Assembly (NCBI GenBank): GCA_026395335.1
Contig: JAPLYW010000025.1
Span: 1 to 38,281 of the forward strand
Origin: Candidatus Shapirobacteria bacterium
GTDB taxonomy: Bacteria > Patescibacteriota > Microgenomatia > PFEM01 > JAPLYW01
Direction of reading: 5' to 3'
Length of the DNA: 38,281 bases
Below, piece by piece: positions 17,165 to 22,850 of the stretch. The notes beneath the pieces are model-generated. The model had not been told where the DNA came from, made no database searches, and was given only the letters and a program-made list of their open reading frames with translations. Within the stretch, counting starts at the first letter, position 1. The number at the start of each line of letters is the position of its first letter. A program made the position numbers and the translations under genes.

Positions 17165-17787
17165 AGTCGATTGAATTTGCCTTGAGGAAAAGAAGGTGTT
17201 TCAATAAACTTTTTACTTCGGGAAACTTCGCGGATAAAAATTTCTAACAATTGAAGATCAACATTTTTAATATAAGCTTGATATTGATTGCCGCCTTTAA
17301 TAAATTTAATTAATCTTTGTGATAAATCTTCAGGTAAGGCACCTAAATAATTTTTACTGTTATCAAAAATACTAATAAGTCTTTTCTTAATAATAAAAAA
17401 AACTTCATCACCATTATCTTGCTGGGATAAAATTAAAGGAGAAGCGAGGCGTATTAATTTAACCATTTTAGTCTTGCTTGGTTCTTCAAGAAAGATATTA
17501 CCTGAAAGAATAGAATTTTTTTGATTATTATTTTTACTTCTATTTTTACTTAATCTTTTAAGATTTTTATTGGCAATTGGATTAAAAGGATCAATTTTGA
17601 TAACTTTTTTATAAGCTTTGATCGCTTCTTCATTTTTTCCTAGTTCGTAAAAAGCTTTACCTATTCGGTTTAAAGCTGGAGCGTTTTGAGGGGTTTCTTT
17701 AATAATTTTTTTATTAATTTCAATCGCCCTCGTCCAATTTTGATTTAAAGCGGCTTTAATAGCTTGTTCTTCTAAGGTGGCAGTCAT
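17161..17787 (-). CDS. TPR-repeat protein
   Basis: The N-terminal half contains TPR-like repeats (WTRAIEINKKIIKETPQNAPALNRIGKAFYELGKNEEAIKAYKKVIKIDPFNP). The C-terminal half is not recognised. Confidence 0.55.
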   Translation of the reverse strand: MTATLEEQAIKAALNQNWTRAIEINKKIIKETPQNAPALNRIGKAFYELGKNEEAIKAYKKVIKIDPFNPIANKNLKRLSKNRSKNNNQKNSILSGNIFLEEPSKTKMVKLIRLASPLILSQQDNGDEVFFIIKKRLISIFDNSKNYLGALPEDLSQRLIKFIKGGNQYQAYIKNVDLQLLEIFIREVSRSKKFIETPSFPQGKFNRL

Positions 17788-17796
17788 TGGAGTAAA

Positions 17797-17824
17797 GATA
17801 TAATTTTTTCCCAGTAGTTGTCAA
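17797..17824 (-). promoter_or_regulatory. Candidate promoter of the TPR gene (TTGACA-16-TATATC)
   Basis: On the minus strand: TTGACA (17824-17819), 16-nt spacer, TATATC (17802-17797), then 9 nt to ATG 17787. Its -35 overlaps that of the divergent yebC promoter. Confidence 0.4.
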
Positions 17825-17846
17825 GGAGTGATTTCGAGAGTAAAAT
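17818..17846 (+). promoter_or_regulatory. Candidate promoter of yebC (TTGTCA-17-TAAAAT)
   Basis: TTGTCA 17818-17823, 17-nt spacer, TAAAAT 17841-17846, then 8 nt to ATG 17855. Confidence 0.45.
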
Positions 17847-17854
17847 TATCTTTG

Positions 17855-18598
17855 ATGTCTGGACATTCAAAATGGGATACCATTAAACGTCAAAAAGAAT
17901 CAAAAGATATTAAAAAAGGCCAAGTTTTTACTAAATTAGCCAAAGCGATTACGATAGCTGTGCGAGCTGGCGGAGGTATTGGTGATCCGGAAAAAAATTT
18001 TAAATTGCGTTTAGCTGTTGATAAAGCTAGAAATTTAAATATGCCTAAAGAAAATATTCAGAGGGCAATTTTGAAAGGGGAGGGAGAGAAAGATGGAGCT
18101 AATTGGTTTGAAGTAACTTATGAGGGTTATGGGCCAGAAGGAATTGCTATTATTATTGAGGCGGCAACTGATAATAAAAATCGAACAACATCGGAAATTA
18201 AAAATATTTTTGAGAGAGCAGGGGGGACTTTAGCTAGTCCTGGGGCAGTAGTTTTTCAATTTAAAAAAACCGGTTTATTAACAGTTGAGAAAAATAATAA
18301 TCCTAATGAACAAATTTTAAGCCTTATGGATTTAGATCTAGAAGATATTCAAGAGACGAGTGATGTTATCGAGATTTATACCAAGCCAGAACAGACCAGA
18401 GAGGTAAGAAATAAAATAGAAAATTTAAGTTTTAAAGTTTTGAGTGAAGAGTTAATAATGAAACCTTTGGTGGAAGTTAAAATTAATGATCAGTCAAAAG
18501 CCGGAAAAATTTTAAAAATTATGGAAACTTTTGAGGATCATGATGATATTCAAAAAGTTTTTAGCAACTTTGATATCCCTGATGAGATGTTAGGATAA
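17855..18598 (+). CDS. yebC: YebC/PmpR-family transcriptional regulator
   Basis: MSGHSKWDTIKRQKESKD... is the canonical YebC N-terminus. The track start GTG 17828 adds 9 non-conserved residues and would lie inside the predicted promoter. Confidence 0.9.
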   Translation: MSGHSKWDTIKRQKESKDIKKGQVFTKLAKAITIAVRAGGGIGDPEKNFKLRLAVDKARNLNMPKENIQRAILKGEGEKDGANWFEVTYEGYGPEGIAIIIEAATDNKNRTTSEIKNIFERAGGTLASPGAVVFQFKKTGLLTVEKNNNPNEQILSLMDLDLEDIQETSDVIEIYTKPEQTREVRNKIENLSFKVLSEELIMKPLVEVKINDQSKAGKILKIMETFEDHDDIQKVFSNFDIPDEMLG

Positions 18599-18614
18599 AC
18601 TCCAATAAGAAATA

Positions 18615-19409
18615 ATGATCAAATTTAAATTCAAGATCGATAAGAGAAAAAAATTCATTATTGTCGCTTTAATTTTAGCTTTAGGGTTATTGGGAATTCA
18701 ATTATTTGGTTTAACATCATGGCAATATCAAGCTATTGGAGTTTTGGCGATTTTAACTTATTTTTTATCAGCTTGGTCATTAAGCGAGGGTCTTAATGGG
18801 GTTGAATGGTTTACTGTTTTGATTTTACCTTTTCTTTTTACGATTGGTATGGGTTTTTTCTATTTTTTGACTCCTGAATTATGGATAGTCCGTTCACCAA
18901 TAGTGATTCTTTATGGATTTGGACTCTACAGCCTTTTATTGACTGAAAATATTTTTTCTGTAGCAGCGATTAGAACCATTCAGCTTTTACGTTCTGCTCA
19001 CGCTGTGAGTTTTCTTTTAACTTTAATAACTTCCTTTTTTATTTACAATGTCATTCTTTCTTTTCGCCAAAGCCCCTGGTTAAATTTTTTACTCATTTTC
19101 TTCTTAAATTTGTTTTTATTTTTACAAGGTTTGTGGTGCATCAATCTTGAAGAAAGAATTACCAAAAAAATTTGGATTTATTCTTTAGCTTTATCACTGG
19201 TTATTGGTGAGGTTTCTTTAGTTTTTTCTTTTTGGCCAGTAACAGTCGCCGTTGGATCTTTATCTTTAACAACAAGCCTTTATATAGTCTTAGGGCTTGG
19301 TCAGCATTATCTGAGCGAGAGGCTTTTTAAAAGAACTCTTAATGAATATATTGGAGTTGGCGTAGCAGTTTTAATTGTTATTTTTTTAACAACTCGTTGG
19401 GGCGGATAA
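18615..19409 (+). CDS. Hypothetical multi-pass membrane protein
   Basis: 264 aa with about 8 hydrophobic helices. No recognisable motif. Confidence 0.5.
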   Translation: MIKFKFKIDKRKKFIIVALILALGLLGIQLFGLTSWQYQAIGVLAILTYFLSAWSLSEGLNGVEWFTVLILPFLFTIGMGFFYFLTPELWIVRSPIVILYGFGLYSLLLTENIFSVAAIRTIQLLRSAHAVSFLLTLITSFFIYNVILSFRQSPWLNFLLIFFLNLFLFLQGLWCINLEERITKKIWIYSLALSLVIGEVSLVFSFWPVTVAVGSLSLTTSLYIVLGLGQHYLSERLFKRTLNEYIGVGVAVLIVIFLTTRWGG

Positions 19410-19588
19410 AAATTTTTTAAGAGATGAAGGCCGGGGAGGGGGAGGATTATTAATTTTCTTCTTTAAAGAATAAATATCCCATAATATTATAAGTCCTTTT
19501 CACGAAAATTATAGGTTATTTTTCACGACTTTGGCAGAATTTTAAAAGTTTGCTAGTTGATAACCTTTGATATAGTTGTTGGAAGGAG

Positions 19589-19597
19589 TGTGGATAA
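19589..19597 (-). promoter_or_regulatory. Perfect DnaA-box 9-mer (TGTGGATAA on the plus strand)
   Basis: Exact reverse complement of TTATCCACA inside the 1-kb non-coding region. Two-mismatch relatives lie at 19556-19564 (AGTTGATAA), 19727-19735 (AGAGGATAA) and 19401-19409 (GGCGGATAA). Confidence 0.35.
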
Positions 19598-20054
19598 CTA
19601 AAGAGGAGTAGAAAATAATATAAAAATAAATAAAGATGGCAAGATGGTTGAAAGAGAATAAGTTATTGATTGTTTATTGGATATCTCTCTATTGTTTTCT
19701 CCCCTAAATTGAGAGATAAGGTTATTAGAGGATAAGATATTTTGAATTTAGTATAATGTCGCACAATGTAGCTTTTGCGACGTCTTTTGAATTCACACTC
19801 GGGCGGAGAAGGCCTAATTAAAAATTTTAAAAAGAAAAAAATAACGATAATTTTTCCTAAATTTTTTTTCTTCAGTCCTTTATTTTTTCTTATTTCTCCA
19901 CTAATAAGACCTCTATCTGAATTTTACTGATCCCCTAATAAAACCCGAATATTTAGGTTCAATTAGCCTCAAATTAGTTTTATGACTTCCCTACACTTGA
20001 ACTAGAAGAAAGATGGTGCTCAAACTGAGAAAGAAAGACAGGATTGTTTTTCGA

Positions 20055-20195
20055 ATAAGAACCTGTCGAAACGACAGAACCTTGTCCAAAACGATAAGAA
20101 CCTGTCGAAACGACAGAACCTTGTTTTTCAAATAGATAATGTCGTACAATATTATATAAGAACCTATCGTTTAAGACGACAGAACCTTGTCCAAA
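20055..20195. repeat. 141-bp direct repeat, copy A, containing three hairpin sub-repeats
   Basis: Base-for-base identical to 20259-20399 by manual comparison. It contains AAGAACC-CTGTCGAAACGACAG-AACCTTGT twice (hairpins 20063-20077 and 20102-20116) and a variant with ATCGTTTAAGACGAC. Confidence 0.95.
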
Positions 20196-20258
20196 TTTAC
20201 AGAATTTGGGTTGGGTTAACAGTAGTGCTTAAATTGAGGAAGAGGAGTTGTTTTTATT

Positions 20259-20399
20259 ATAAGAACCTGTCGAAACGACAGAACCTTGTCCAAAACGATA
20301 AGAACCTGTCGAAACGACAGAACCTTGTTTTTCAAATAGATAATGTCGTACAATATTATATAAGAACCTATCGTTTAAGACGACAGAACCTTGTCCAAA
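20259..20399. repeat. 141-bp direct repeat, copy B
   Basis: Identical to 20055-20195 at an offset of 204 bp. The 45-55 bp upstream of each copy (20011-20054 vs 20221-20258) are only roughly three-quarters identical. A fourth-type sub-repeat AAGAACCTGCCTCTGGCAGAATCTTGT follows at 20402-20428. Confidence 0.95.
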
Positions 20400-20439
20400 A
20401 TAAGAACCTGCCTCTGGCAGAATCTTGTTTTTAAAAAAA

Positions 20440-21396
20440 ATGACCGAAGAAAAGAATAATCTACTGCGTACTGAGACCGATCGACTGATTGAAGAGTTCC
20501 TCGAGTACCTAGAAGTTGAAAAAAATTGTTCCCCTCTTACCATTAGAAATTATAAACACTATTTAAAACGTTTTTCTGATTGGTTAAAGGCTAATTCACC
20601 ACAAATTGATCCAGCTTCATTTAATCTCGAAATTATCAAGAAATATAGGGTATTTTTATCCCGATTTACAGCCCCAAACGGTGATCCCCTGGCGCGTGTC
20701 ACTCAAAGCTACCATGTGATAGCTTTGAGGGCCTTTTTGAAGTTTTTGATCAAAAATGACTATAGGACAATTGCCCCTGAAAAGATTGAGCTACCTAAGA
20801 TAGAAAGTCGAAGCTTAAAATTCTTAACAACCGAACAAGTTGAACTTCTTTTGTCTCAACCGCAAGTTTCTAATCCAAGAGAGTTACGGGATAAAGCTAT
20901 CTTAGAAACTTTATTCTCAACTGGTCTTCGTGTTAGCGAGTTGACTAAGTTAAACCGTGATCAGATTGACCTTAACCGCCGTGAATTCGGCGTAATTGGT
21001 AAAGGTGGACATGCTAGGGTTGTTTTCCTTTCAAAACAGGCTGTTGAATGGATAAATAAATATTTGGTTTCGCGTCGGGATAAATGGCAACCCCTTTTTA
21101 TACGAATCGTCAAAAATCCGGAAGTTACCGAAGATGGTCGTAAGTTACGTTTAACACCTCGTTCTATTCAAAGGCTTGTAAAAAAATATGTTCGTAAAGC
21201 CAGAATTCCGGTTGATGCCACAGTTCATACTTTACGTCACTCTTTTGCTACTGATTTATTAATGGCCGGAGCGGATATTAGAAGCGTCCAAGAATTATTA
21301 GGGCATAAAAATATCTCCACTACTCAGATTTATACTCACGTTACTAATCGGCAACTTCGTGATGTTCATGAAGCATTTCATGGTAAAGGGAAATAA
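20440..21396 (+). CDS. Tyrosine site-specific recombinase, XerC/XerD family
   Basis: SAM-like N-terminal domain (LEEFLEYLEVEKNCSPLTIRNYKHYLKRF) and catalytic residues R (GLRVSEL), K (GKGGHAR), HxxR (HTLRHSFAT), H (LLGH) and Y (TQIYTHV). ATG 20440 is preferred over the track's TTG 20425. Confidence 0.85.
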   Translation: MTEEKNNLLRTETDRLIEEFLEYLEVEKNCSPLTIRNYKHYLKRFSDWLKANSPQIDPASFNLEIIKKYRVFLSRFTAPNGDPLARVTQSYHVIALRAFLKFLIKNDYRTIAPEKIELPKIESRSLKFLTTEQVELLLSQPQVSNPRELRDKAILETLFSTGLRVSELTKLNRDQIDLNRREFGVIGKGGHARVVFLSKQAVEWINKYLVSRRDKWQPLFIRIVKNPEVTEDGRKLRLTPRSIQRLVKKYVRKARIPVDATVHTLRHSFATDLLMAGADIRSVQELLGHKNISTTQIYTHVTNRQLRDVHEAFHGKGK

Positions 21397-21402
21397 TTTA
21401 AC

Positions 21403-21445
21403 CAAAAAAAAGCCATTGCTTTTGGTAAAGTCAATGGCTTTTATT
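21403..21445. terminator. Bidirectional rho-independent terminator between convergent genes
   Basis: AAAAAAAAGCCATTGCTTT-TGGT-AAAGTCAATGGCTTTT. The core stem GCCATTG/CAATGGC is extended by A:T pairs, with an A-run on one side and a T-run on the other. Confidence 0.75.
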
Positions 21446-21455
21446 CCTATCATAT

Positions 21456-21806
21456 TTAGTTTGATTTAATTTTTTCAATTTTGATCCAAGCATAATTGTT
21501 TGGGTCACCTTCAATTTGTTCTTTTGTTTTTGGATAAAATTCCATGTCGTTATTAATTCTCCACCTTTTTACTAAAATAATTCCTTCCTTAGCTAATCCT
21601 GAAAAATCAATTGACCTTTCTGAACTTATATCTACTTCAGAAACAGAGACTTCATTAAATTGCTGTGGAACAGTTTTAACATCTACATCTGAATTTTTTA
21701 GGAATCCTATTTTGGATGTATCAATATCACCTTTAAAGATTTTTTCTAAAATGTGATTAGCAACAAAACAGGAAGAAATGTTAATTTTCATATCCAGACC
21801 GTTCAT
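21456..21806 (-). CDS. Hypothetical protein
   Basis: ORF with a GGGGAG Shine-Dalgarno 8 nt upstream of ATG 21806 (MNGLDMKINIS...). The track's GTG 21815 overlaps that SD. No family recognised. Confidence 0.4.
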   Translation of the reverse strand: MNGLDMKINISSCFVANHILEKIFKGDIDTSKIGFLKNSDVDVKTVPQQFNEVSVSEVDISSERSIDFSGLAKEGIILVKRWRINNDMEFYPKTKEQIEGDPNNYAWIKIEKIKSN

Positions 21807-22004
21807 AAAAATCACTCCCCTTTTATATTTTTAAATTTTTTTAATGTACTAAATATGATTAAAATAAAAAATAAGCTTTTAACAATGCCTAAAATGTTAA
21901 AGCATTAATTTTTATTATAAAAAAAGTAAATCTTCTAACTAAGGCTAAAAGATGTTTATCATTATAGCATTTCTTTGAAGGAAGTCAAATTGTTATGGGA
22001 TAGT

Positions 22005-22769
22005 TTAGAGAGTTTCGTAACTGATGGTAATATTAATAGTAATTTCTGACTCACCAGCTTGAATTTGAGTTTGTTTATCCTCTACTCCTCCGCCTGCTAA
22101 AGCAGTTGCAGGAGTTCTTAAAGGAGTGGGATTATAGCTAGAAACACTTTCTGTAACATCGACTAGGCGGCCGAGTTTAATACCGCCGGCATTGGCAATT
22201 TCCTTAGCCTTAATTTTAGCTTTCTCAATTGCTTGTTTGCGAGCTTCCATTTTTAAACTTTCCAATTTATCATCGTCGATGACAAAACTTAAATTACCAA
22301 TTTGGTTAGCTCCTTGAGCAGTAGCAATATCAATTACATTATTAATTTTTTGTAAATCTTTAACTTTGATAGTTAGAGTAATATTGACGTTATAACCGGT
22401 AATTTTTTGACCGGCTTGATAATTGTAATCAGGATAGACACTGTAATTAGAAGTTTTAATATATTTTTCTTCAATTCCTAACTTTTTTAGTTCCGAAGTA
22501 ATATTATTGATTTTTTCATTAGCTTCTTTCTGAGCAGCTTCAACTGTTGGTTTGTTGGACTGAATTCCTAAATTGATTTCTGCGGTATCGGGAACGGCGG
22601 TAACTTTTCCTTCAGCTTGAACATCAAAAGTTGTTTTTTTCTCTGTCGTGATTTGATTGACAGAAAAAGGAATAGGACCTATTAACCGAAAATATAAAGT
22701 TAAAATGACCAAGACAGAAATCGTTATTGCTAAAAATTTACCGTAATCAGTATTAAAGAATTTTTTCAT
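22005..22769 (-). CDS. SIMPL-domain (DUF541) periplasmic/exported protein
   Basis: N-terminal TM/signal anchor. The pattern GKVTAVPDTAEINLGIQS...A.......N..I...L...GI....I.T.......Y and the C-terminal QIQAGESEITINITISYE are typical of SIMPL/26-kDa periplasmic immunogenic proteins. Confidence 0.65.
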   Translation of the reverse strand: MKKFFNTDYGKFLAITISVLVILTLYFRLIGPIPFSVNQITTEKKTTFDVQAEGKVTAVPDTAEINLGIQSNKPTVEAAQKEANEKINNITSELKKLGIEEKYIKTSNYSVYPDYNYQAGQKITGYNVNITLTIKVKDLQKINNVIDIATAQGANQIGNLSFVIDDDKLESLKMEARKQAIEKAKIKAKEIANAGGIKLGRLVDVTESVSSYNPTPLRTPATALAGGGVEDKQTQIQAGESEITINITISYETL

Positions 22770-22819
22770 ATTTACTATATATAATAATAATAACTTAAGA
22801 TCTAAAAATCAAGTTTTGG

Positions 22820-22850
22820 GGTTCTTATTTCGTCAGAAACAAGGTTCTTA
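22820..22850 (-). repeat. Single inverted-orientation member of the CTTGTTTC...GAAATAAG repeat family, overlapping the gyrA stop codon
   Basis: The minus strand reads GAG-TAA-GAACCTTGTTTC-TGAC-GAAATAAG-AACC, an 8-bp stem (one G-U) with a 4-nt loop immediately 3' of gyrA. Confidence 0.8.

Noticed and set aside
19636-19707. 23-codon ORF (MARWLKENKLLIVYWISLYCFLP) as a possible small hydrophobic toxin or peptide.
   Set aside because: No Shine-Dalgarno or promoter of the recurrent type precedes it, and a single short ORF in AT-rich DNA is expected by chance. It is kept only as a note.
19410-20040. Known housekeeping ncRNAs (tmRNA, RNase P RNA, SRP RNA, 6S RNA, additional tRNA).
   Set aside because: I could not find the diagnostic strings on either strand: the GGUUCGA-type T-loop with acceptor end, GAGGAAAGUCC for RNase P, or the SRP domain IV AGGAAGCAG-type motif. 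A covariance-model scan is still needed for a firm negative.
20120-20165. Match to a canonical dif site (E. coli GGTGCGCATAATGTATATTATGTTAAAT or the Bacillus type).
   Set aside because: Only the ATAATGT heptamer and a loose ATTAT inverted arm match. The XerD-arm TTATGTTAAAT is absent. It is retained only as a lineage-specific dif-like candidate in the findings.
20011-20543. CRISPR-like or protein-coding interpretation of the repeat cluster, including track ORFs 20225-20434 (+) and 20229-20543 (-).
   Set aside because: The sequences between sub-repeats are themselves duplicated (two identical 141-bp blocks), so they are not unique spacers. The two ORFs are translations of the repeats (KNLSKRQNLV reiterated). 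The minus-strand ORF also runs antisense into the recombinase gene. Neither has a credible start context.
20440-22769. Integrated prophage, genomic island or integron around the tyrosine recombinase.
   Set aside because: No phage, conjugation or cassette genes follow. The neighbours are a small hypothetical and a SIMPL protein, followed by gyrA. No attC-like R''/R' (RYYYAAC/GTTRRRY) pairs were seen, and no tRNA gene is adjacent. The inverted family member at 22820-22850 is too short and too widespread to call an att site.
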